DNA of 62,893 nucleotides, counting the filler, from Octopus bimaculoides (lineage: Eukaryota), in the NCBI RefSeq assembly GCF_001194135.2. It is 4 parts of 3 records of this genome, joined end to end, with 100 filler letters (N's around TTAATTAATTAA, not from the genome) between each part and the next. Parts side by side here need not be neighbours in the genome. Positions count along the whole stretch, not along the records: positions 12,005 to 40,419 come from NC_068986.1; 3 more parts are not named here. The stretch is one strand, 5' to 3'. Positions 25,111-35,269 of this stretch are shown one piece after another (the stretch's first letter is position 1; every line of letters begins with the position of its first letter). The position numbers and the translations under genes are program-made. The notes beneath the pieces are model-generated. The model saw only the letters and a program-made list of their open reading frames with translations, was not told the origin of the DNA and made no database searches.

Positions 25111-25258
25111 TGATGCACGTAATATGGCCCGTGATGTCTATGACACATTGATATCAATAATAATGGAGTTTGCTAAGTTACCCAGCAAGCCTGAAGCTGT
25201 TGAATACATGAAGAAGATCCAAGCAAAAGGTGGTTATTCCTGTGATGTATGGAGCTGA
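25111..25258 (+). CDS. POR: POR terminal exon (148 nt; DARNMARDVYDTLISIIMEFAKLPSKPEAVEYMKKIQAKGGYSCDVWS*)
   Basis: AG at 25109-25110; DARNMARDV and C-terminal DVWS; TGA at 25256-25258; not in the ORF track. Confidence 0.97.
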
Positions 25259-25356
25259 AAAAGAAAGTTATATTTCTACACATAAACAAATTTATAAACA
25301 CATTATATTCATATGTTTTTTTTTAATGAAATGTTATTTCTTTAACAAACGCTGAT

Positions 25357-25362
25357 AATAAA
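25357..25362 (+). terminator. Candidate POR polyadenylation signal AATAAA
   Basis: First canonical hexamer I found, about 100 nt after the stop; AT-rich background makes it weak evidence. Confidence 0.4.
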
Positions 25363-26570
25363 ACAAATATTTTTAAGACTAACCTTTACAGATGGAGTGA
25401 AAAGGAATTTATTTTATATGATAATCAATATTGAAAATAGTAAATGCATCATAAGTATCAAGAATTCTATGCAGATAATTTCAATATATACAAATACATA
25501 CATTTGTACCATGATCATTGTTTTTACATTTGCTTTTTACATTATGGTATGTATTGGGTGAAAATTCTTGAGACTGTATACTATGGTTGGATGTTCTTTC
25601 TGATGTCAGGCCTTACTTTTTTTTTTTTTTTTGCAAGATTCTTTCTCTGTCTTCACTCATTGAACCATTAAGCTATGAAATATTTTGTTTATGGTAACCA
25701 TAAACGTCACCATAGCTGAAGCTGTGTCTTTACATTGACATAAGGAGACAAACATGTGCACACATACACACACTGGTTTCCTTATAGTTTCTGTTAACAA
25801 AATTTCACTTGCAAGCTATTGGTCAACTTAAGGCATCAGAAGACAACACTTGTCCAAGATACCACACTGTAGAATTGAACCTGAAGCCTCTTTGTTGCAA
25901 AGCTAGTGCTTTAACCTTTTGGACTTGCTTGTGTGTCATCGTTTTAACATCTACATCCCCCTGCTTTTTCCCCCTTCCCTCACTCTGAACCACTTCAATT
26001 TCCATTATCTTCCCCTGCCTGCTGTCTCCACCAACCACCTCCTTTCTGTGCATTCTCTCCCCTGTGCTGTTCTCCATCATTAACACTTCACTTATCTGCA
26101 ATCACTCTCAGTGTCCTCACATATCTACTGCAAACCCTCCTCCAAAGTCTCTTCTATATTTCCCTCCATCATTTGCTACAGTCACCTCTATCCTACCCAC
26201 TCATCCAGTTCAAACCTCTGTATCACCTCACTTATTCTCACTACCCTCAATATCCCTCGGGGGCATGTCCTGACACATCTTTGCCACTATTTCTATCACT
26301 GTTACTCTTTTTTTATCTTACCCTCTGACTCACCTGCTGTCTTTATCTTACTCACTAACTCACCTTTCTCTTCCAAGTGGGATATAAATGTATCTACTCT
26401 ACAGCAAGACATCTATCTCTGTCTCTTTATACCATTAATCTCTCATCAACTAGCAAAATACCAGTCCCCAACTCTCTCGATGCTACCTCACTCCTGCCAG
26501 TTGTTGAGGTTTTGTCTTGCAATTTACTTGGTAACCCTGTCAGTGATGGTGCCATTTAAAAAGTACTAAT

Positions 26571-26755
26571 GCTGGTGCCATATAAAAAGCATTCAGTGCA
26601 CACTGTAAAGTGTTTGGTGTTAGTTAGGGCACCCAGCCATAGAAACCATGCCTAAACAGACAATGAAGCCTGGTGTGGCTCCTGGCCTTGCCAGCTCCTG
26701 TCAAACTGTCTAACCCAAGTATGGAAAACGGATGTTAAATGATGATGATGATGAT
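26571..26755 (+). mobile_element. Family C element, diverged
   Basis: GGCACCCAGCCATAGAAACCATGCC...GGATGTTAAATGATGATGAT tail. Confidence 0.65.
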
Positions 26756-27220
26756 TAGCATACTTTCATGGACCAGACAGTATTAGTTCAGGCAGATTCT
26801 CTATGACCCAGTGCTTTTCCTGCCACTAGCCCTCGCCTGTTTTCAAGCAATATATTTTCCATTAGTCTGAATATTTTTTGTAGAAACTTATGAAAGACAC
26901 TATGTATGACAGTAAAGTTTGTTTACAATAAGTGCACAATGTCAAGAGAAATAACTTGCACATAGATGCACACACATACAAGCCCAAATACATGAGGTTC
27001 TTTACAGTTTCTGTCTATCAGAATCACTAGCTATGCTTTGGTTGACCCAGAGTTTTATGGAAGCACTTGACTAAGTTTCCATGTAGAGAAGATAGTCTGA
27101 AACTATGTGGTTGCAAAGTGAGCGCCTTAACCACTGTACCCGTGATTTCTACTATAACACTGGACCAAAGCCTCGCAAATGGATTTGGTAGACAGAGACT
27201 GAAAAAGAAGGCTGCAGTGT

Positions 27221-27303
<83 letters not shown>

Positions 27304-27831
27304 ATGTATATTTAAGCACAGATGTATGTATACATTATACTATGAGTCTTCCACAGTAGTTTTCTCTCCATAACTTATAAAGCCTTTCTGGCTTGTTTAC
27401 AAATATTATGTGGTATTAGACAGTTTAAGTTTATATTCATTAATTTTGGCTGAAATTGATGGGTGAGTGTTTGGTCCAATCAGATGCGCAAGGAGCCGTG
27501 TTACCGTTGATTTGTGGGTTTGATTCTGGCTAGGGTCAGCTCATCATTTTTTCGTCATTTGTTTGTATTTAAAAATTGTTGCTTCAAATTGGAGAATATA
27601 TATTATGATATATTATTGTATAGTTATTATTATACTATTATTATACTATGAGTCTTCCATAGAAAACTATGTAACTTAAAAAGCCTTATAAGTTTGTTTA
27701 CAAATATTTATCTTCGAAACGTCTAGTTAGAATAGAGGCAGCTGACGAAGGATTAATTCCAAGTGGCTATCTGTTTTCCTATGTGTTCGTTCCATTGTCT
27801 GTAGTTCATTGTTCTAACGTCCTGTACCCTG

Positions 27832-28116
27832 ATCATCATCATCATCATCATCATCGTTTAACGTCCGCCTTCCATGCTAGCATGGGTTGGACGACTTGAC
27901 TGAGGACTGGTGAAACCGGATGGCAACACCAGGCTCCAATCTAAATTTGGCAGAGTTGCTACAGCTGGATACCCTTAGCTTGCACCGGGTACATCTTATA
28001 GAGTTACTACCTACTCCTTTTCTACATACGGAGCAGGGCCATCTACCTGAAGGGGTTTGTGTTTTATCTACCTTCCTACTTATTAGGATTTTGGTTTTAG
28101 CTAGGTTGACTCTAAG
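27832..28116 (-). mobile_element. Internally deleted RTE-like LINE: post-RT Cys-rich coding segment fused to the family C 3' tail
   Basis: LRVNLAKTKILISRK...WPCSVCRKGVGSNSIRCTRCKL joined at about 27976 to AAGGGTATCCAGCTGTAG...(GAT)n; 5' part lost in an N gap. Confidence 0.75.
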
Positions 28117-29289
28117 NNNNNNNNNNNNNNNNNNNNNNNNNNNNNNNNNNNNNNNNNNNNNNNNNNNNNNNNNNNNNNNNNNNNNNNNNNNNNNNNNNNN
28201 NNNNNNNNNNNNNNNNNNNNNNNNNNNNNNNNNNNNNNNNNNNNNNNNNNNNNNNNNNNNNNNNNNNNNNNNNNNNNNNNNNNNNNNNNNNNNNNNNNNN
28301 NNNNNNNNNNNNNNNNNNNNNNNNNNNNNNNNNNNNNNNNNNNNNNNNNNNNNNNNNNNNNNNNNNNNNNNNNNNNNNNNNNNNNNNNNNNNNNNNNNNN
28401 NNNNNNNNNNNNNNNNNNNNNNNNNNNNNNNNNNNNNNNNNNNNNNNNNNNNNNNNNNNNNNNNNNNNNNNNNNNNNNNNNNNNNNNNNNNNNNNNNNNN
28501 NNNNNNNNNNNNNNNNNNNNNNNNNNNNNTGTACATATATGTGTGTATACATGCATATATATTCTTTGTATTATTATGTGTGTGTGTATATGTGTGTGTG
28601 TGTATATGTGTGTGTGTATATATGTGTGTGTGTATATATGTGTGTGTATATATGTGTGTGTGTATATATGTGTGTGTGTGTGTGTATATATATGTGTGTG
28701 TGTGTGTGTGTATTACATACAAAAATAAGAGGAATGACCAGCAAAAGTGGACTCCTATATGCTAGAAATAGATGCCGAATCATCTAACCACGAAAAAATG
28801 TTCTCAGTAAAAAATTAGCGACACAACAGACTGTAAAAGGGCATGACAAATGAAAAAATACTAAATAAAAAACAAAAAACGATTAACCTACGTATCATGG
28901 TTTCACCTGTTAAAATTTACGTAAGTAAATATCTGCAGGATCATCAGCGTAGTCTGTTGATTTAAAAATATAATTTCCAGAACTAATCTCCAGTGCACGT
29001 AGTTGAGGTAGCATTAAATTAAAATAACCCTTTATCTTTCACACTTAATATATACAGACAGTCAGACTAGTTATTAAGGTATTTGTCCTGAGATAACATC
29101 TGTTATGGATGCCCTGTGTTAAAAGTGCAAAATAGATCAGGGAAACAAAAAAAATCGTCCCTGCAGCAGCCAGTGAGAATGCTAGATGTGTTTGGGCCTT
29201 TTCAGTGGTCAGTACTCAGCCAGCCACATGCTCGGACAAGAATTCATTACCTCAGATATAGGGGGAAAAAATGAATAAAATATATGTTG

Positions 29290-29580
29290 GGTCTCCGGTT
29301 ATGATGAGTGTCCCAGTTTATTCGAGGAAGTGAACAACCTGCTCATGAAATTAACATGCAATTGACTGAGCACTCCACAGACACCTGTACCCTTAACATA
29401 GTTCTCAGGAAGATTCGGTTTGACACAGTGTGATAAGGCTGGCCCTTTGAATTACAGGTACAACTCATTTTTGACAGCTTAGTGGATTGGAGAGATGAGA
29501 AACAGTGTATTGCTGAAGGGTGAATAGTGTCTTGCTGCTGGGTTGTGAGCCGAATAGCCTAACCACTGAGACACTTTCAC
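29290..29580 (-). mobile_element. Probable additional SINE family, diverged
   Basis: Reverse complement AAAAATGAGTTGTACCTGTAATTCAAAGGGCCAGCC...TGTGGAGTGCTCAG resembles a recalled octopus repeat; single copy here. Confidence 0.4.
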
Positions 29581-30117
29581 TATAAAACATTCACTGATGT
29601 TGCAAGTAGTCGCTCAACTGAATAAAAGTCTGCTATATCCGATTGAGGCAGTATTAAATCGAAACAGCTATTTATGTATCATATTTAATGTATACAGATA
29701 TACCTTAGATTCAATAGCACCTTTATACACGCAAGCATGGTTGAATGGTTAAGGACCATGAGGCCACATGTTTGATATCAGTGTGTGAAATTTCGGAAAT
29801 ATCTTTATCATAAACTTGGGTAGATCCATGCCTTGTGAGAGTAGCTTGAGAAACTCGGATGGATCGTACTGGTAAGCCATTCTGTTATGCTGGTTCTGTC
29901 TGAGAATTACATTAAGAGTACAGTTGTCTATGGAATACTCAGCCATCTTACATAAATACAATAAGTCGGTCAATTGATTGAACAACAAAGTGATTATACG
30001 TAAAAATCGATAAACATGATGAACACATCTGTCTGTCTATCTATCTATCTATGTTTATGTGTACATATGTATACGTGTGTGCATATGTATATACGTGTGT
30101 ATATGTATATATATATA

Positions 30118-30252
30118 AGCGTAGGAGTGGCTGTGTGGTAAGAAGCTTGCTTCCCAACCACATGGTTCCGTGGCACGTGTCTTCTACTATACTCTCAGAC
30201 CGACCAAAAGCTTGTGAGTGAATTTGGTAGACGGATACTGAAAGAAGCCCGT

Positions 30253-30311
<59 letters not shown>

Positions 30312-30513
30312 ATGGATGTGTTTGTGTTTGTCCCCCACTATCGTTTGACAACCGATGTTGGTGTGTTTACGTCCCCGTAACTTAGCGGTTCGGCAAATGA
30401 TACCAATAGAATAAGCACTAGGCTTACAAAGAACAAATCCTGGGGTCGATTTGTTCAACTAAAGGCGATGCTCCAGCATAGCTGCAGTCAGATGACTGAA
30501 ACAAGTACAAGAA
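30118..30513 (+). mobile_element. SINE family A with expanded internal (TG)(TA)(TG) microsatellite
   Basis: Colinear with 24341-24724; small deletion in the CORE-like block. Confidence 0.85.
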
Positions 30514-30530
30514 ATATATATATATATATA

Positions 30531-31632
30531 TGTAAGGGACGACCGTGCGAACTCAAAAAGGAGAAATGGTGACGAATGGAAAAACAGAGGACTCCTTTTG
30601 TTTAAACGCGTCACACGGTCGAACACATAATTATATATATCAATAACGATATACATGATATGTTATATGACGATAACATAGATGACCAGTAATGAAAGAC
30701 CACAACCGTATTAGATGAATAACAGAGATATTTATTATGGCGTTAAAGATGTATGTCTGTGTGAGAGTGTGAATGCAACATATAAGAACATAATCAAAGA
30801 CAGGCCGTCATACAAAGAAAAGTGTGTATGTGAGTGATACATGTATGTATGAGTGTTTACTGCAGATAGAAAGAGAGTCAATAACACGTGAGTAATTATA
30901 CCAGTTCTTTAGTACACTATAGGAAAAGTTCTGTATGTGAAAGTGAGGGGGCTGAGTGTGGCAGAGCTTATCACTTGTTGTGATGTCGTGGCATCGATGC
31001 CGGGCCGTGATTCTTGTTATACAGATGTTCGTCGCTGGCTGAGAATTTCTTGTCTGTTTATTTATCGTGGTGAAGCTGAGTCACCTAACAGAATCGAAGA
31101 GAGAGATGTGCCGCGGAGGTTTGGTTTGGTGTACATAGTAAGTCGTGTTGACGCTGGTGGTGTAGAGGCTGCTTGGTAGTNNNNNNNNNNNNNNNNNNNN
31201 NNNNNNNNNNNNNNNNNNNNNNNNNNNNNNNNNNNNNNNNNNNNNNNNNNNNNNNNNNNNNNNNNNNNNNNNNNNNNNNNNNNNNNNNNNNNNNNNNNNN
31301 NNNNNNNNNNNNNNNACACGGAACAGTTCTCAAAGAGAAACTGGACCGAGACAAATTTGTGGGGTATGAGTTGATCTATTTATAGCGTTAAGAGGGCTCC
31401 AAATGCCTTCAGAATTTTACTCTATCACGTGACCTTATTAGGGGCCGTGATTGGTCAGTTTGCGTTCTGGCGGGAAAGGTTCGAAGAAGTTGCCGATTCG
31501 AATAATAATCAGTCACGTGATGACAAGGAATGGGTTCTCTACTACGCTCGCATTTATTTATATTTAAATGAGAAGATTGTATGTAATGGCGATAGTAGTT
31601 TGTATCTAATGGCGGGAGGTAGTTTCACTACA
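30531..31632 (-). mobile_element. Solo LTR 1 (Gypsy-like, TG...CA ends, TATA 4-bp TSD)
   Basis: Begins TGTAAGGG, ends CACTACA, TATA on both flanks; highly similar to 33173-34322; contains an N gap. Confidence 0.8.
31377..31519 (-). promoter_or_regulatory. Putative LTR U3 promoter
   Basis: On the minus strand: E-boxes CACGTG (31514-31519, 31426-31431), E2F-like TTTCCCGCCA (31468-31477), CCAAT (31450-31454), TATAAATA (31377-31384); same set in LTR 2. Confidence 0.55.
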
Positions 31633-32559
31633 TATATATTTAATACTCCACTTTAGTACAATGAAAAGAGGACATTCCTTGATGTGCAATTAATTGAAAT
31701 TGTCTTCAAAATATTATTTCAGTGATGTCTTATTCTGCTGCATATTTTTATTTTGGAGTTGTATCTCTCCAGCAATGGAGCAGTTAGATTGTATAAAGTT
31801 ACTGATGCATCAGGCATCAGTAACTTTATACATTTAAAAAACACATACTTTTGAATTGTGTCAGTGACGAAAGCTAAAAGTGAACTGGCCGATAGATTGA
31901 TGAACAGAATAGTTCCTCCAACAGGCTTTCACACAGTTTCCACTTACTCAATTTCCCCTGAAAAGTTTTGGTTGAACCTTGGCTATGGTAGAATACAATT
32001 TCACAAGGTATCACATAATTGTAGTGAACCGAAAACTAGCTTTGGCCTTGTTTAAAAATATCGAATACAAACGACAAAAGCGCTTCCTATTTTTCTTAAG
32101 GTGAAAGCTCAGTATATCCACATGATAAAATGTGAGGACAATGATCGGAAGGTAGCATACTTTTCAATCGAGGCAATAGTCATTGTTGCTAAACTTTACT
32201 CATCGTTAAACATATACTACCATGAAATGTTCGAGCGAGTAAATGGATTTGGCTAAAATAGATAAGTGGATTGAGGCCAGTAGCTATTTGATATCGAAGA
32301 TCGTGCTTCAGTGATGGTGGTAATGGGAGCAGTATACAATAAAGCTATTAAGTGGAAGGTCTTTGACCGAGATACTTTCTCTCTTGATGATATCAGTAAT
32401 CTGATTTTTTTTTTTCAATGTGTTGAAAATAAATCGGTTCATTGTTTTACAATCCCAAATAGATAAAAGATAATGACCTTTCTCAGTGCATTTATTATCA
32501 ACAATTATAAATTTAGAATTTTAGGATTGTCTCCTTTACTTAAAAATAACAAACAAAAA

Positions 32560-32995
32560 AAAACAATTACAAAGATTACGGAAGTTGAACTTTCTGATAA
32601 TTTTGCTGTAACACGAAATCCTGTACTGCAAAATTAATTTTCTCATTGATTTTCACGTTATAATGTCAGATATGACGAGTGACTCGTTCAGCTTCCAATA
32701 ACAGGGATCCTGCCTACAAAGCTAATTTGTGATGACCTTACAGATCACAATTTTGTGGTCTATGTAGTCGATGATTTTAAAATGTGGACAGCCTATACTG
32801 TCCCTGTTTATTGTCCTACAGAATACTCGATCTAGGGATGACCCGATGCGGTTTGTTCATGTCTGAGAAAGTTTGCGAGGTTTTTGCTTCTCTTCTCTCA
32901 GATAGCGCTACACAACCTAAAAGAATATCCAAGATGACGTTCCAGTCGCCCACTAACACTAAAGAGCGGGACGTTCCTAAGAAAACCTAACACCC
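32560..32995 (-). mobile_element. L1/Tx1-like LINE fragment (APE domain end)
   Basis: Minus strand LVLVGDWNVIL ... DYIDHK ... YWKLNESL; same family as 35267-38156. Confidence 0.6.
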
Positions 32996-32999
32996 GAAG

Positions 33000-35216
33000 A
33001 AATCAGACTATGCTGCCTCTGTCAGATTATAAACAGCGAGTCTAAAGGCACCCTTTTCACTGCTCGCGTTCAGGACTCCCAATCTCGGTCGAAGTGTGCT
33101 ACAAAAATTGACATGAAGGCTTGCGGAAAGTTTGGGGAGAGAAAGTGGGAAGACATAGTTCAGAAATACATTTGTAAGGGACGACCGTGCAAACTCATAA
33201 AAGGAGAAATGGTGACGAATGGAAAAACAGAGGACTCCTTTTATTTAAACGCGTCACACGGTCGAACATACAAATATATATATATCAATTGATGATATAC
33301 ATGATATGTTATGCGACGATAACATAGATGACCAGTAATGAAAGACCGCAACCGTATAAGATGAATAACAGAGATATTTATTGTAGTGTTAAAGATGTAT
33401 GTCTGTGTGAGAGTGTGAATGCGACATATAAGAACATAATCAAAGACAAGCCGTCATGCAAAGAAAAGTGTGTATGTGAGTGATACATGTGTGTGAGTGT
33501 TTACAGCAGATAGAAAGAGAGTCAATAACACGTGAACAATTATACCAGTTGTTTAGTACACTATAGGNNNNNNNNNNNNNNNNNNNNNNNNNNNNNNNNN
33601 NNNNNNNNNNNNNNNNNNNNNNNNNNNNNNNNNNNNNNNNNNNNNNNNNNNNNNNNNNNNNNNNNNNNNNNNNNNNNNNNNNNNNNNNNNNNNNNNNNNN
33701 NNNNNNNNNNNNNNNNNNNNNNNNNNNNNNNNNNNNNNNNNNNNNNNNNNNNNNNNNNNNNNNNNNNNNNNNNNNNNNNNNNNNNNNNNNNNNNNNNNNN
33801 NNNNNNNNNNNNNNNNNNNNNNNNNNNNNNNNNNNNNNNNNNNNNNNNNNNNNNNNNNNNNNNNNNNNNNNNNNNNNNNNNNNNNNNNNNNNNNNNNNNN
33901 NNNNNNNNNNNNNNNNNNNNNNNNNNNATGTGGCGACGGCGGAGGTCATCGTGGCTGGACGAAGCTGCTGAAGTGGTCGCTGGCTGCTGCTGCTGTCGTG
34001 TGGTACACGGAACAGTTCTCAAAGAGAAACTGGACCGAGACCAATTATTGGGTATGAGTTGATCTATATATAGCGTTAAGAGGGCTCCAAATGCCTTTAG
34101 AATTTTACTCTATCACGTGACCTTATTAGGGGCCGTGATTGGTCAGTTTGCGTTCTGGCGGGAAAGGTTCGAAGAAGTTGCCGATTCGAATAATGATCAG
34201 TCACGTGATGGACAAGGAATGGGTTCTCTACTACGCTCGCATTTATTTATATTTAAATGAGAAGATTGTATGTAATGGCGATAGTAGTTTTGCATCTAAT
34301 GGCGGGAGGTAGTTTCACTACACATTCATACGACACAACAAACATTTGAATTAAATTCGATAGGGTTTTTCTAAGGATGTGGGCGGTACTTGACAACACA
34401 GTCTTTTTGGATTTCTTTGACAAATGGTTCTAATGGGATGCTGTCTAGATTTTTCTGATACCTCCTTTTTATCATTCCAAGGGTACCTACAATAACATGG
34501 ACGGTTTTCACTTTAAGTCTTTTGTATTTCAATTTCTAGATCCTTATATTTACTGAGCTTGTCAAATTCTTTGACAGATATATTTTTATCAGAAGGAAAA
34601 CTTATATCTATCAGTTTAAAAATACTTTGTTTTCATTCTTTAATGATTATGTTTGGTCGATTATCCTGGTTTGTTCTGTCAGCGTTGACTGGAAAATCTC
34701 AGAGGATGGTGATATTTTCGCTTTTCAGCCTTTGGTTTGGATATTGTTCGTACCAGTTAGCAGGACTGTCGATATAATAGTGCTTACATGTTTTTCAATG
34801 TAAATACTGCCCTAACTTATTGTGGCGATTTTTATATTCGTTTAGTGTTAGCACAAGACAGCCCGAAACAAGATGGTCTATTGTTTCATCAAATTTGTTG
34901 CAGTATCTGCATTTTGGGTTTGCACCGTTTTAAAGAATATTTGCTAGGTAATTTCTGGCAAACAAACTTTGGTCTTGTGCTGTAACTATGAAACCTTCAG
35001 TTGCTGTTTTCAATCCTGAACTCCTCAGCCACTGATAGGTTGTTCTTTGGTCATTATCAGCCTTTTGGCTTCGAAGGACATATTGTCTCCGCAGGGAGTT
35101 CTGGCTCAACTGCTCAAGTCGTTTCTGTCTGTTCTTTTTAAAAGTTTGATTATTTTGTTTGCTTAATAGTAGCGATTTCAAGTTCAATACCCAATCGAGA
35201 TTAACGTCATGTTCCC

Positions 35217-35217
<1 letters not shown>
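33000..35217 (-). mobile_element. 5'-truncated R4/Dong-like non-LTR retrotransposon (CCHC knuckle plus restriction-like endonuclease), interrupted by solo LTR 2
   Basis: WLRSSGLKTATEGFIVTAQDQSL...PKCRYCNKFDETIDHLVSGC...RHNKLG...NRPNI...LIDISFPSD...KYKDL...HILRKTLS with several stops; 5' end abuts (AAT)n; left boundary approximate. Confidence 0.8.
33173..34322 (-). mobile_element. Solo LTR 2 (same family, CATT 4-bp TSD)
   Basis: CATT at 33169-33172 and 34323-34326 flanks TGTAAGGG...CACTACA. Confidence 0.85.

Positions 35218-35266
<49 letters not shown>

Positions 35267-35269
<3 letters not shown>

Noticed and set aside
30531-34322. Single LTR retrotransposon bounded by two LTRs
   Set aside because: Each LTR has its own TSD, there is no PBS or adjacent PPT, and the interior is unrelated LINE debris
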